DNA from: Candidatus Thalassarchaeaceae archaeon
GTDB lineage: Archaea > Thermoplasmatota > Poseidoniia > Poseidoniales > Thalassarchaeaceae
Assembly (NCBI GenBank): GCA_046710875.1
Contig: JBKEHQ010000001.1
Location: 1,119-65,118 of the forward strand
Direction of reading: 5' to 3'
DNA: 64,000 nt
The notes beneath the pieces are model-generated. The model was not told the origin of the DNA. It saw nothing but the letters and a program-made list of their open reading frames with translations, and searched no databases. Positions 1 through 11,011 of this stretch are shown one piece after another (position 1 is the stretch's first letter; each line of letters opens with the position of its first letter). Position numbers and translations under genes: made by a program.

Positions 1-1508
1 TTCTCTGTCTAATTTCTTTTGTATTGATCCAATTTCATCAGGAATCCCATCAAGTAATGCAATAAGCTCTTTTGATATTGTTGAAAGTACAGTATCATTT
101 GGAGAGTCTGAAATTGACATAAGAGCTTCTTTTCGCATATCTTCTAAAGTAGGTAACATTCCTATTGAAGATTTAGCCGAAATCATGTGCCAAATTAACA
201 AAACTCTTTCAGGATATACTTTTATCAAGGAGCGATTTTTAATTATAATTTTTGCAAGATTTTCAACATCAGCAGCCTCTGTAAATACATCTAAAATTTG
301 ACTTGTATGCCTTATATAATCCAACTTTGATAATTTTTCTGCAGCATTAATTTTTATCTCATAACTACAATAAAGATCGTTTGTCACAATTAAAAGACCC
401 TCATCATTTAGATTATTTAAAGATGAAATAATTAATTCTTCTATAGATAAATCATCAGCAGAATTAAGTTTTAATGCTATTTTAAGTTGATTATTATTTT
501 CAATCTGTAATATTTTTGCTACATCATCAGCCTCATCTAATTTTTCTTTTTCTTGAAGGGCAGAGACTAATTTCCAACCTAGTGAATTTGGTATTTTGGT
601 ACCAGATCCAGCCAAAGTCTCAATTCCATACTTTAAGTCTTCAATAGATAAATCATCTTCAATATTATTTATTTCTTTCCAAGCACAATTTCGTATTGCT
701 TGTGATAATAAGTCCTTTCCATGTATTTTTGAATCCTCTTTCCAATTTTCTAAATTTCCCATACGTAATTTTAGTAATCTAATATGTTTTTCTACTACTT
801 CTTTCATTGTTTTGTCAGTAATGTTTTCTAAAACTTGTATTGCATCTGGATTTTTCGAAGAGGCTAGTAAAATCCCTTCAATGAAAGCAATTTCATTATT
901 TTGATTCCTCAATGAAGGGCTCATCCATCCATTCCATTCACCATATCTTGGTTTTTTTCCTAAATCTTTCTCTATTTTTTGAATGACTTTCAATTGTTCT
1001 GTTTTAGCATTAAATGGTAAATCCAACTTTAGCCAGTTTCTTAGTGAGGTCGTATCTTCGGGATCGAAATAAGATGATTTAATCCAATTTGTTGAATCTA
1101 TATGTTTTTTACTGTTCTCACTAATTTTAAATCTACTTAATTCAGCAAAGAGTCCAGATTCTTTAGCTAATTTACTCCAAACTGGGTGAAGTCCTTTTTG
1201 GCACTCGGATCTTATTTCAATCATCTTTTCATTCCAATCAGATTTCCACAGATCTCCCATTTTATTTTGTTGAGCAATTAAAACTGCCAATTTGTAACCA
1301 GGAGCCTCATTTGAAAGAAATATATCTTGAGGTAATGCCAGATTATCTTCAAAACCTTTCCTTAGTCCTTTACCGCCGCGCCTCCCTATTTTTTTATTTA
1401 TTTTACGATTTTGAGTTACCGAACTCTTATCCTCATCTATATTTATTGTCGGCAAACCTTCTTTTTTTGCAGCAAGAGCCGCTAAAGCACGCCATTCCTT
1501 AGTCATAA
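1..1508 (-). CDS. Partial large hypothetical protein (runs off the window at its C-terminus; more than 500 aa, alpha-helical/repeat-like)
   Basis: Manual reverse-strand translation gives an uninterrupted reading frame from about 1560 down to position 1. First ATG is at about 1508 (MTKEWRALAALAAKKEG...). It is not in the ORF track because there is no in-window stop. Confidence 0.5.
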
Positions 1509-1716
1509 GGTCCCAAGCAGAGATTTTCTGTACTCTGTTTAATCTCCTTATCTTATCATCACCAGATTGAGATAATGATTCTAGACATTCAAGTAGATAT
1601 TCCTCCAGTTGAAGACCTCCGATTAACGGTCCTCAACCTTCATACATCAATACATCCCCTACATACACACAATTCAGCAACAGAGACCTCAAGTCATATG
1701 CATACTTTCGAGCATC

Positions 1717-2184
1717 ATGGAATTACTACCAATCATCGTAATTCTCATTCATCCATTTGCTGCATTATTATTAATTATGATATTTATGACGCAACTAAAA
1801 TGGCGTAAAAAGAGGAAATTATTGAAAGGCGATGATCTAATTAAGGCAAATAGGAAACACATATCTGACGGTAATAAAATCATGTTATCTACTCTTTTTG
1901 TTATAGTATTGGCATTTATGGGTGAAATATCTAGGGCAATTTTTAATGATTTACCCTTTGACACATATATTTTACCAAATAATTTCCACTCATCAGGGGG
2001 ATTACTAGGATTACTCTTGATGTTAATTCTTTGGCTTACAGGGCATTCTACCAAAAGGAAGAAAGTAAGTAAGCAATCGTTTTCTAAAACTAGAGATACA
2101 CATGGTAGAATTGGGGATATAATGGCAATTCTTATATTAATTCATGCATTTTTAGGTTTTTTATATCTTTTACAAATTATTTAG
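1717..2184 (+). CDS. Small hydrophobic membrane protein (hypothetical)
   Basis: 155-aa ORF with 3-4 predicted TM helices in an otherwise empty 670-bp gap. No recognizable motif. Confidence 0.3.
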   Translation: MELLPIIVILIHPFAALLLIMIFMTQLKWRKKRKLLKGDDLIKANRKHISDGNKIMLSTLFVIVLAFMGEISRAIFNDLPFDTYILPNNFHSSGGLLGLLLMLILWLTGHSTKRKKVSKQSFSKTRDTHGRIGDIMAILILIHAFLGFLYLLQII

Positions 2185-3161
2185 TTTGTATTCCACATTT
2201 CAACCCATGCCTTTATGTTTCTTTCTATATCTAAATTATCTAATTCCCTACTCACTAATATTCCGTCATCTAGGGGCATAATTCTACATCCACAAGCATT
2301 TTCATGCCCGCCACCATCAACATCAAACCTTTTTGCCATTTTTATCAAATTATATATTCCTCCGGTAGTATGTAAGAAAGAATTAGTATAAAATGATGCA
2401 GAAACAGGATATTCTCCATTATTATTAAATTTTGAATTTGTATATCCATGTATTATTATGCATGCATCACAATCATCTCCTACTTTAGCAGTTATATGAT
2501 AACCATTGGACCTTATCCCAGAATCTTCAAATCTAACTATTGCTAATCTATTGTTGACTTCTAAGGTTCTATCGATTAAACTATCAATCATTATCCTTTC
2601 ATCTTGAATATTCTTGAGGTGAGGCCACATCATCTTCTTAGAAAGTATATTTTTAATAGATTCTCGATTTTTAATTGCTTCAAGTATTTGTAAATTAATA
2701 ATTTGATTACTACCAATCAATTTTCCAATTAAAAATACATCTCCACCTTCTAAAAACTCCTCCTTCTTTATATGTCCACTATCAATTTTATCAACCCAAA
2801 ATAACAATTCTTCCAAATCAGATAAATCAATGACTTCAGATATAATTTCATACGCAATACGTGCAGCAGAAGGATAATCTTTCCAAATAAATATGCCATT
2901 TGTTTGCAAATCATCTATTATTTTATTTGTCTGATGATGGTCAATATTTAGCCCACATTTGGGATGCATTGGTAAATCACATATTGCCGTGTATTTATCT
3001 ATCAACCCATCTAAAATTCCAGAACGCAACTCACCCGGATGAGCAAAAATAATTTCTGCATCCTTCCAATGTCTCTTTAAAATAGCAGCCGTCACAACTC
3101 CATCTAAATCACTATCAGTTACAATCTTCCTGATATCTAGGGATAGAACGGGTGAATTCAT
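2181..3161 (-). CDS. DHH/DHHA1 family phosphoesterase (NrnA/RecJ-like)
   Basis: N-terminal DLDGVVTAAIL and NIDHHQ (DHH motif). C-terminal GGGHENACG (DHHA1 motif). Confidence 0.75.
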   Translation of the reverse strand: MNSPVLSLDIRKIVTDSDLDGVVTAAILKRHWKDAEIIFAHPGELRSGILDGLIDKYTAICDLPMHPKCGLNIDHHQTNKIIDDLQTNGIFIWKDYPSAARIAYEIISEVIDLSDLEELLFWVDKIDSGHIKKEEFLEGGDVFLIGKLIGSNQIINLQILEAIKNRESIKNILSKKMMWPHLKNIQDERIMIDSLIDRTLEVNNRLAIVRFEDSGIRSNGYHITAKVGDDCDACIIIHGYTNSKFNNNGEYPVSASFYTNSFLHTTGGIYNLIKMAKRFDVDGGGHENACGCRIMPLDDGILVSRELDNLDIERNIKAWVEMWNTN

Positions 3162-3275
3162 TTTTAATGCTAAAAGAGTTATACCATTGTACTTTACTTA
3201 AAAATGTTCAAAATAATCTTATAATTTATATTTTTTATACAAAATTACGATATGTAAACCCATCATGCCACATCC

Positions 3276-3683
3276 ATGGAAACATCTTGTGGATTTGTTT
3301 TAGTCAATTATGATAGCATTCTTTTACTTCAATACCCCCAAGGTCACTGGAGTTTTCCAAAGGGGCATATCGAAGATGATGATGATGATCACCATTCAAC
3401 TGCATTAAGAGAATTGATAGAAGAAACCGGTATAAAAGAAATAATCATAGACAAAAATTGGAATTTTCGTACAGATTACACATTCAAAAGAAAGGGAAAG
3501 GAAATTCCAAAGCAGGTATTTTGGTTTTTAGCTGAAACTGATGAGTTGGAAGTAAAACTTTCCCATGAACATACTAATTATTTATGGCTAAATTTTGAAG
3601 ATTGTGAAAAACAATTAACTTTTAGGCAAGAAAAAATACTTCTTCAATCTGCGCGTAATTATAGAGAAAAAATCAAAAAATAA
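3276..3683 (+). CDS. NUDIX hydrolase (Ap4A hydrolase-like)
   Basis: Nudix box GHIEDDDDDHHSTALRELIEETG (GX5EX7REUXEEXGU pattern). 135 aa. Confidence 0.75.
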   Translation: METSCGFVLVNYDSILLLQYPQGHWSFPKGHIEDDDDDHHSTALRELIEETGIKEIIIDKNWNFRTDYTFKRKGKEIPKQVFWFLAETDELEVKLSHEHTNYLWLNFEDCEKQLTFRQEKILLQSARNYREKIKK

Positions 3684-3685
3684 AT

Positions 3686-4306
3686 CTAGCTATTATCAGA
3701 TCTTTTACCAAGAGGGGTCCAAAGAACTTCCTCATCACCACACTTTGCACTTATCCAGCGGCCCATTACAAACATCCAATCTGATAATCGATTTAGATAA
3801 GAGATTATTTCTAATCTAAGCGAATCTTTTCCAGACTTTTCTCTCATAAGGCATGCAAGCCTTTCAGCTCTTCTTGCCACAGTTCTTGAAACATGTAATG
3901 CAGCAACAGGTGCAGAGCCAGTTGGCATAATAAATGACTCAAGCGGATCTACGTCCTCCAACCAACTATTCATCTCATCAACTAAATTTTCACCTTCTGC
4001 CATCCCAATTAATACCATCATTTTTGGCAATTTCCCAGGCGTACATGCACACTCACCACCAATATCAAATAATTCTTGCTGAACTCGTCCCAATGAGATA
4101 TCAGTACTTATTTTAACTTCTTTAGGGGCATCATATCTTTTTATCTCCATCCTCACGACCCCTATTTGTGAATTTAATTCATCAATAGTGCCATATAATT
4201 CTACACGCGAATCTCCTTTACCAACCCTTTTTCCATCTACTAAGGATGTTTCACCTGCATCTCCTCCTCCAGTATGCACTTTAGTAATCCGAACCATTTT
4301 ATTCAT
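3686..4306 (-). CDS. ATP:cob(I)alamin adenosyltransferase, PduO/MMAB type
   Basis: ITKVHTGGGDAGETSL and YGTIDELNS motifs typical of PduO-type adenosyltransferases. About 200 aa. Confidence 0.7.
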   Translation of the reverse strand: MNKMVRITKVHTGGGDAGETSLVDGKRVGKGDSRVELYGTIDELNSQIGVVRMEIKRYDAPKEVKISTDISLGRVQQELFDIGGECACTPGKLPKMMVLIGMAEGENLVDEMNSWLEDVDPLESFIMPTGSAPVAALHVSRTVARRAERLACLMREKSGKDSLRLEIISYLNRLSDWMFVMGRWISAKCGDEEVLWTPLGKRSDNS

Positions 4307-4343
4307 CGGAAAGGCTATGATATTTTGAATAGTTCGTGTATTC

Positions 4344-5051
4344 TTATAGAGATATATCCGTTAAGGATTTTTTTATTGCATCAGTCCATGACTTATCAAC
4401 TGCATTCCACCCTCCTCCTTTTTCTAATTCTATTAAATGACGCTCTTTTTCTAATTTATTTCCTATTTTATCATATATTAATATTAAAACCGCGTGACTC
4501 ATAGCATTTAACCACGGATCATTCATATCCCATGATTTTTCAAAGTGAGCAATTGCTCCATTATCGCCATATATTAATCCTCTATTAATTTGTCTTAACC
4601 CGGACTTTGACCATGAAATACCAGGGACTCCAACAACCAATCCTCTAAACGCAAGATATATTTCTAATGTAATTATAAGAGACGCTATTATGAATGAAAT
4701 TATCTGTTCTGTAGATGTGGTAGATATCCAATTTTTAGTAAGTAGATCTATAGAACCTATGCAGAATAAAACTCCACTAAATGGTGCTAAAATAACATCA
4801 TGTTTTGTAATTACCATATGCCTTACGCCAAAAATAACTCCCAATCCGCCTAAAAATGTTGAAATTAGTGCCGGTATTTCCTCCATGGTCTCTCTTGGTG
4901 CGGTACTTGAAATCCAAAATACTACTCCAAAAGATATGAGTAACCATCCATACTTTCCACCTATTTCCGGAAATGGTTGATAATTACTGTAGTAAAGTAC
5001 TACGCCCCCAATCATGATGTATAATAAAATCCAAATACTCAAAGAAATCAT
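4344..5051 (-). CDS. Integral membrane protein (hypothetical)
   Basis: 235 aa with multiple hydrophobic segments. 4-bp ATGA overlap with the downstream ORF on the same strand. Confidence 0.5.
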   Translation of the reverse strand: MISLSIWILLYIMIGGVVLYYSNYQPFPEIGGKYGWLLISFGVVFWISSTAPRETMEEIPALISTFLGGLGVIFGVRHMVITKHDVILAPFSGVLFCIGSIDLLTKNWISTTSTEQIISFIIASLIITLEIYLAFRGLVVGVPGISWSKSGLRQINRGLIYGDNGAIAHFEKSWDMNDPWLNAMSHAVLILIYDKIGNKLEKERHLIELEKGGGWNAVDKSWTDAIKKSLTDISL

Positions 5052-5371
5052 TCTTCAACCACTTCGTCCTTCCAACCAGGCTCCCAAAATTTATCATTAT
5101 CTAACCATTCCAACCATTCTTTTACGTCTGATCTTAAAAGCCTAAAAGCCCGTCTATCTAACCCATCTAATAGTAAATCACTAATTTCACTTTTTTTGTG
5201 AGCATCCAACCATTCGATTTGCATTTCCCTAACTTTGCGCTGCCCTTCTATGTGGTTATCAAATGACATTTCACAAAGTTCTCTCAAGTCTTGTAGCCAC
5301 ATTCTAGCACCTCTCATGTGAGGTTCTTCAGCCAATGGTTTTGCCTTTCGCCGACGCCGCCATCTGCTCAT
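5048..5371 (-). CDS. Hypothetical Trp-rich small protein
   Basis: 107-aa ORF translationally coupled to the 4344..5051 gene. N-terminus is arginine-rich. No recognized motif. Confidence 0.4.
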   Translation of the reverse strand: MSRWRRRRKAKPLAEEPHMRGARMWLQDLRELCEMSFDNHIEGQRKVREMQIEWLDAHKKSEISDLLLDGLDRRAFRLLRSDVKEWLEWLDNDKFWEPGWKDEVVEE

Positions 5372-5444
5372 ATCATGTAATCCTGAATGTATTTATTCTT
5401 GATGCTTTGCGAACCACTATTACCGAGCTGCTCTTGGTTATATC

Positions 5445-5879
5445 GTGGGTAGGATAGTTGTATATCTATATGGTAAACCAAAAGAAAAATCATATTTGAC
5501 TATAATTAATGAATATTATAAGCGATTAAAAGGTAAAGGTATTTCATTATCATATTATTCAGATAAAAACAAATCTATTGATTATGAGCATATGCTTTTG
5601 AATCTTAAGGGTAATTTGATACTAATAGATGAAAATGGAGAAAAATTATCTAGCAAAGACTTATCAGTATTAATTTCTAAAACAATGATGGATCATTCTA
5701 CAACCAACTTTGCATTAGGGCCTCCAGATGGATTTAATAAGGAATTTAAATCTAAAATCCATCACTCAATTTCACTTTCACCAATGACATTTCCACATGA
5801 AATGGCCGCATCAATTTTTATTGAACAATTGTATCGTGCTACTGAAATAATAAAAGGAACTACATATCATAGGGAATAA
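5445..5879 (+). CDS. rlmH: 23S rRNA (pseudouridine-N3)-methyltransferase RlmH (SPOUT)
   Basis: C-terminal GPPDGF...LSLSPMTFPHEMAASIFIEQLYRATEI...YHRE closely parallels E. coli RlmH (LIGGPEGL...[20 protein letters not shown]...YHRE). Confidence 0.85.
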   Translation: MGRIVVYLYGKPKEKSYLTIINEYYKRLKGKGISLSYYSDKNKSIDYEHMLLNLKGNLILIDENGEKLSSKDLSVLISKTMMDHSTTNFALGPPDGFNKEFKSKIHHSISLSPMTFPHEMAASIFIEQLYRATEIIKGTTYHRE

Positions 5880-5899
5880 TTGCTGTATAATATACTAAT

Positions 5900-6700
5900 T
5901 TATATCTTATTCATAGATTTTGAAATAATTTTTAATGCATCTCTTAGTGTTGATTCATTATCCCATTCTTTGATTTCATAATCCTTAATTATTATTTCAT
6001 TCAAAATTAAATTAGCAGCTCTTGAAACTTCATCAACAATAGTCACAGACGCTTTCCTCGCAGTTCTTGATAACGGATTTAAATCTATTACTAAAACTTC
6101 TTTTCCAAGTGCAACAAGCGCTTCACACCTATCCCCATCCTCGAGTGGAACTAATACTGTTTTTGAGCGTTGAATTCCTTCAGAGGAGCAAATTGCTCTA
6201 GGGCCTTCTAAACCAATGATTACACCATCATTTTCTTGTCCTAGTAGTCTAACGGAATTAACTGATTTATCCCAATCACCAATCCATCCTTCTGGACAAG
6301 CCTCTTTAGCAACTTTATTTTTTTGCTCGTTTAACAGTCGTAATAATTTTAATATCCTCTCTTCTGTTCTATAGTAGAGATTTATTTCTATTGGGCACTC
6401 CAAAACAGCCGCAATACGTATCAAATCTTCTCCTGCTAATACTACTGTATTCCCATTTACAGATATGATTGGATTTTTTGATTTATTTAGTCTATATGCA
6501 ACTTCTTTTATCGCTAATTTAGCAGATTTAGAGGTTTCTTCACCTAATAGATAGTCAAACGCCTCACCTCTTCCATGGGCGATCATTGCCGAATGGGCCA
6601 AAAGACCATTATTAGATGCTTCAACTAACTTTTCCCTAGCAATCAAAGATCTATATCTTGGATGACTTTTTGATATATCAGACATTAGTATCCTCCTCAA
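5900..6700 (-). CDS. Putative archaeal 4-phosphopantoate--beta-alanine ligase (phosphopantothenate synthetase, DUF137/COG1701-like)
   Basis: About 266 aa with HGRGEAFDYLLGEET segment. Family recalled, not verified. Confidence 0.45.
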   Translation of the reverse strand: MRRILMSDISKSHPRYRSLIAREKLVEASNNGLLAHSAMIAHGRGEAFDYLLGEETSKSAKLAIKEVAYRLNKSKNPIISVNGNTVVLAGEDLIRIAAVLECPIEINLYYRTEERILKLLRLLNEQKNKVAKEACPEGWIGDWDKSVNSVRLLGQENDGVIIGLEGPRAICSSEGIQRSKTVLVPLEDGDRCEALVALGKEVLVIDLNPLSRTARKASVTIVDEVSRAANLILNEIIIKDYEIKEWDNESTLRDALKIISKSMNKI

Positions 6701-7619
6701 ATATCATTGATAAATCCAGAGGACGAACTCCTCTATTTAGTCCACTTGATGAAATCAATTCAATCTCACTTTCAGACCACTCTTCAAGAGAATTCATATC
6801 AATATTTCCTGACCCCTCCAATATGCAATAATCTCGGAGATTTTTACTTGATAATGATAAAGAAATATTCTTTGCAATTTTGGGGCCGACATTATCTAAT
6901 AACAATACTATCTTATCACTTTTATTCAATATATTTTTCCAAACATCCACAACAATAATTGCATCGATTAAATTTTGAACTTCAACAATAACAAACTCTT
7001 CTTGAGTTATACTAATATTACTCATGACTCGTTTAATTGTTTCAGAATTACTTTCATTATGGAATTTTAGAGATATGAAATCATTTTCTTTCATCATTAA
7101 TGCATCATTTCTATTTAGTCTATGCGTCAATCCCCCTCCAACATGTATTGCCCATTTGTCTAATAGGCCCCAATCTGTTTTACGAGTAGCTGCTAATTTT
7201 ATGTTAGAAGATTTTTTTGTCCAATTATTTGTATTGGTTGCAATTCCGGACAGATTCCCCAAAATATTCAACATAATTCGTTCAATTCTTAGTATTTCAA
7301 TTGATTCACCGGTTATAGTGACAATAATTTGGCCACTTTTTACATCTTCACCTTCATCAATATTCCATGATATTGCACATTTAGAAAAATGGCGTTCAAT
7401 TAATCTATTTATGATTGGTTTGCCACAAATAACACCATCTTCTTTTACAATAATATTAGCTTTAATAATTCCTTTAGATCCACTACCTCCTCCTTGTTCA
7501 TCGAATAACATTGCATCTATCCAACCATCCATGGATTCTATGAATAAAGAAGTAGGAGAACCATCTAATATATGTCCATTCCACAGGAGCTTTGAACGGT
7601 CATGAGGCAACCTTCCCAT
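6678..7619 (-). CDS. nadC: Nicotinate-nucleotide pyrophosphorylase (quinolinate phosphoribosyltransferase)
   Basis: ATRKT, HRLNRNDALMMKENDF, LLLDN, EGSGNI and DLS motifs match QPRTase. Confidence 0.75.
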   Translation of the reverse strand: MGRLPHDRSKLLWNGHILDGSPTSLFIESMDGWIDAMLFDEQGGGSGSKGIIKANIIVKEDGVICGKPIINRLIERHFSKCAISWNIDEGEDVKSGQIIVTITGESIEILRIERIMLNILGNLSGIATNTNNWTKKSSNIKLAATRKTDWGLLDKWAIHVGGGLTHRLNRNDALMMKENDFISLKFHNESNSETIKRVMSNISITQEEFVIVEVQNLIDAIIVVDVWKNILNKSDKIVLLLDNVGPKIAKNISLSLSSKNLRDYCILEGSGNIDMNSLEEWSESEIELISSSGLNRGVRPLDLSMIFEEDTNV

Positions 7620-7674
7620 GCCAATCCGTAGAGAACCCCTATCTTGAATAGTTGTATTTCATTGATAAATATTT

Positions 7675-7929
7675 TTAATCAGAATTATTTTTTTCAATCA
7701 CGCTTAGACTCAAATCAGCCGCAGATAAACAAACTAATAAATCATCAATGGTCGATCTAATACTCTTTAAATTACTAGAGGACACTTTTATTATTAATTT
7801 TGCACTATCCTTACTCTCAATAACCTCAGCAAGAAAAGATTCAGGATCATCTGGAGATATAGAAGATATAAGTAACTCTGCATGTCTTTTTGTACCAGTC
7901 CATTCAATCTCCACCTCCACAGTTTCCAT
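7675..7929 (-). CDS. KEOPS complex subunit Pcc1-like
   Basis: 84 aa. Pattern AELLISSISPD...AADL..LRSTIDDLL resembles archaeal Pcc1. Confidence 0.45.
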   Translation of the reverse strand: METVEVEIEWTGTKRHAELLISSISPDDPESFLAEVIESKDSAKLIIKVSSSNLKSIRSTIDDLLVCLSAADLSLSVIEKNNSD

Positions 7930-7997
7930 GAAGTCCGTAAAGCGTACCTCTTTTCATTTGTACTGGTATTATATCAGAAAGGTCGCCCCGAATAAAC

Positions 7998-9653
7998 ATG
8001 GTACGGGAACTCATAAGGCTCGAGGAGGTCCACCGTGCTTTTGGTCCCGTAAAAGTATTGGAAGGAGTTAATTTACGGATCGATGAAGGTGATAGAATCG
8101 GAATTGTGGGCCATAATGGTGCAGGTAAAACTACGTTGCTACGAACGATAAGTAACCAGAATCAAGACCTTGGAGATATCTTTTTTGCAGCAGGATTGAG
8201 ACTTGCATTTTTAACCCAAATAAGAGATTTAAATGAAAATGCTACTTTGGGTGAAGAACTAAATCGAAGAGGTAGGCAATTTCAAGAAATTGAAGATGAA
8301 ATCAATCAATTAGAAGCAAAAATGGCCACTCCTTCTTTTTATGAAGGTGATTGGCAACCAGATATGGATAGATATCAAGAATTACAGAGTCTTATGGCAC
8401 GTTCTGGAGGTGGTGATGTAGCAGGGCATGCACAAGAAATTCTTAAAGCATTAGACCTATCTCACCATCAATTAGATACAAAACTTTCATTTTTATCAGG
8501 TGGAGAACGTGCAAAGGTAGCACTTGCAAGGCAATTAGTGGGATTAAATGAAATTGATGTTTTCTTCCTTGATGAACCAACAAATCATTTAGATTTACAT
8601 ACTCTAGATTGGTTAGAAAATTTTCTAACTAGATTTAATGGGGCACTACTCATTGTTAGTCACGATAGATATTTCTTAGATAGAGTTTGTAATAATGTTG
8701 TAGAAGTTCAAGACGCGCACACAAAGGGATTTAAGGGAAATTATTCTTCATATTTAAAACAAAAAGAATTATTTTTACAAACCTTAAATGACAGAATCGA
8801 AAAGACCCAAAAAGAATTGAAACGAGTAAAAGGAGCAATGCAATCTATGAAAAGTTCAAATAAATATGATAAATCAGTTTCTCAAAAGCATGTCATGATT
8901 ACTCGTACACAAAGAGAATTAAGTTGGCTTAAATCAATTAAACCTAATCTAAGAAAACCTCTTATGTTTAACATGAAAGCAACTGAGAAAAGTAGTTTAG
9001 AAGTATTAGATTTCAAAAAGGCACATTTGACTTTTGATAACCTCACTCGTCCCATAATTAGAGGTCTAGATATAGGAGTTAGAAGAGGGCAAAAAATAGG
9101 AATAATAGGCCCAAATGGAGCAGGTAAAACTACTTTGCTAAGAATAATAAATGGGGAATTAAGATTAGATTCTGGTGAAATAGACGTACGTCCGGGGGTA
9201 CAAATAGGATACTTCCATCAAGATCATAGATTGTTAAATTTCGATTTTACACCTATTGAACAGATTCAATTTTTAAAGCCCAGAATGGAATATGCAGACA
9301 TACGCTCCATGCTAGGTCAGTTTCAATTTACCTCAGATATGGCTAAAACAAAACTGGAAAAATTAAGTGGAGGAGAAAGAGCGAGAATAGCACTTCTATG
9401 TTTATTATTGGAAGAAAATAATTTACTATTATTAGATGAACCCACTAATCATTTAGATACTGATGCTAAAGAAGCGCTAGAAGGCGCATTAATTGGATAT
9501 GAGGGTGGAATAATTACAGTTAGCCATGATAGATATTTCTTAGATAAAGTATGTGATACAATATGGGAATTAACTGGAGATGGGAGCTTATTTGTATGGC
9601 CGGGCAATTATTCTGATTACATAAGAAGAAAAACTCAACAATCAGAATCTTAA
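7998..9653 (+). CDS. ABC-F family ATPase (tandem ABC domains, no TM domain)
   Basis: Two Walker A motifs (GHNGAGKTTLL, GPNGAGKTTLL), two ABC signatures (LSGGERAKVALARQL, LSGGERARIALL), and a coiled-coil linker. No Fe-S N-domain, so not ABCE1. Confidence 0.8.
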   Translation: MVRELIRLEEVHRAFGPVKVLEGVNLRIDEGDRIGIVGHNGAGKTTLLRTISNQNQDLGDIFFAAGLRLAFLTQIRDLNENATLGEELNRRGRQFQEIEDEINQLEAKMATPSFYEGDWQPDMDRYQELQSLMARSGGGDVAGHAQEILKALDLSHHQLDTKLSFLSGGERAKVALARQLVGLNEIDVFFLDEPTNHLDLHTLDWLENFLTRFNGALLIVSHDRYFLDRVCNNVVEVQDAHTKGFKGNYSSYLKQKELFLQTLNDRIEKTQKELKRVKGAMQSMKSSNKYDKSVSQKHVMITRTQRELSWLKSIKPNLRKPLMFNMKATEKSSLEVLDFKKAHLTFDNLTRPIIRGLDIGVRRGQKIGIIGPNGAGKTTLLRIINGELRLDSGEIDVRPGVQIGYFHQDHRLLNFDFTPIEQIQFLKPRMEYADIRSMLGQFQFTSDMAKTKLEKLSGGERARIALLCLLLEENNLLLLDEPTNHLDTDAKEALEGALIGYEGGIITVSHDRYFLDKVCDTIWELTGDGSLFVWPGNYSDYIRRKTQQSES

Positions 9654-9691
9654 TATTGGATTCAGATTATAATTAAATTTAGATATTTAAA

Positions 9692-10870
9692 TCAGACGCC
9701 CCAAAATCTATTTCCATTATTAACTTCATCACCTTCTTCAAACGATTGAACCACAGTTCTCAATAAATAATAGAGTACAGTTGCCATGATTGGGACAAAC
9801 CATGTCTCAGATATTTCTCCAAATGCCAAACTATAATCATCACCAGACAACTCTGTTAGAAGAACTTCAATTACAGCCTTCGTCATTGTATATATTACTG
9901 CTCCAAGCCCAATTAATTGTATACTTCTTCCTGTAAATGTTCCTTCTTTCCATCTGAGAACACCTATGGATAGCGCAAATGAAAATATAGACACTACGAT
10001 CCAAGTAAGTGCCTGATCGAATGCAATTACCCATACTGCCATATCTCGATTTACCGAATCTAAATCAAATACAGTTATATTGCTGTAACCTTGTTCAACA
10101 TATTTATTTAATTCTGCAGTAGTTCCAGTTAAAACTTGCCAAACCGTGAGAATCGAAAATAGGACTGATACAATGGCAAGGGCCCATAGTAAGGAAGACC
10201 AAATACCACCGGTTGCACTTTCTCGCATATCATTTAATAACCGATCAAGTTGTTGTTCCAATCCTAATCCTTTTGTCAAAACCCATATTCCCATTATTAA
10301 TGGCATTGCACCTATCAATATTCCTCCATTAGGTAAAATTATGCCTAATCCAAAAATCATTAGAAATATGGCCAATGGAACTAATAAACGTGCTCGCCAT
10401 CTTGGATCTTCAACTGCTTTCACTATGTAATAATAGGTACTTTCTATTCCTCTATTTTGCCTAACAATTATCTTTTCGATATGATCGACTCTTAACCTTG
10501 ATGTTATTATTGGAAGCGAAGCCTCATCGTCAGCTCCATCAGTGACTAAAACTGCTGAATCAGGCTGAAATTCTTGAATGACTTCTTCCAATTGGCTTGC
10601 TATGGCCCTATCACTACGGGGTCCAACACGGACATCCCCAGTCAATATTGCAATTTCTACTTCATCATTTCCCTTCGCATTTTCTATCATTTTATCATGA
10701 TGATGTAAAGCACCAAATATAGCATTGGTATCAGATTCTTCTGGATCGGCAATTCCTAATCTTAATACAGCATTAAGAGCATTTTTTCTACCAATAACGG
10801 GGCCTCTAATCCCAGACTTCACTCCGAGATCATTATCTCTGTCAACAGTCATTACTAGAGTTCTTACCAT
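9692..10870 (-). CDS. Archaeal membrane protein (DUF373-like): N-terminal cytoplasmic alpha/beta domain plus about 7 TM helices
   Basis: MTVDRDNDLGVKSGIRGPVIGR soluble N-domain, followed by a long hydrophobic C-terminal half. Confidence 0.45.
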   Translation of the reverse strand: MVRTLVMTVDRDNDLGVKSGIRGPVIGRKNALNAVLRLGIADPEESDTNAIFGALHHHDKMIENAKGNDEVEIAILTGDVRVGPRSDRAIASQLEEVIQEFQPDSAVLVTDGADDEASLPIITSRLRVDHIEKIIVRQNRGIESTYYYIVKAVEDPRWRARLLVPLAIFLMIFGLGIILPNGGILIGAMPLIMGIWVLTKGLGLEQQLDRLLNDMRESATGGIWSSLLWALAIVSVLFSILTVWQVLTGTTAELNKYVEQGYSNITVFDLDSVNRDMAVWVIAFDQALTWIVVSIFSFALSIGVLRWKEGTFTGRSIQLIGLGAVIYTMTKAVIEVLLTELSGDDYSLAFGEISETWFVPIMATVLYYLLRTVVQSFEEGDEVNNGNRFWGV

Positions 10871-11011
10871 ATGTATCCCCGTCGTGTTAGCATGCTATAC
10901 ATGGAAGTTACCTATGAAGAATTTGTTATTTTGCTCAATTCAATTAGAGTAAATCTTGAGTTTTAATTTATTTTATTTATTTACATAATGAATTTTATAA
11001 TAATATTCATA

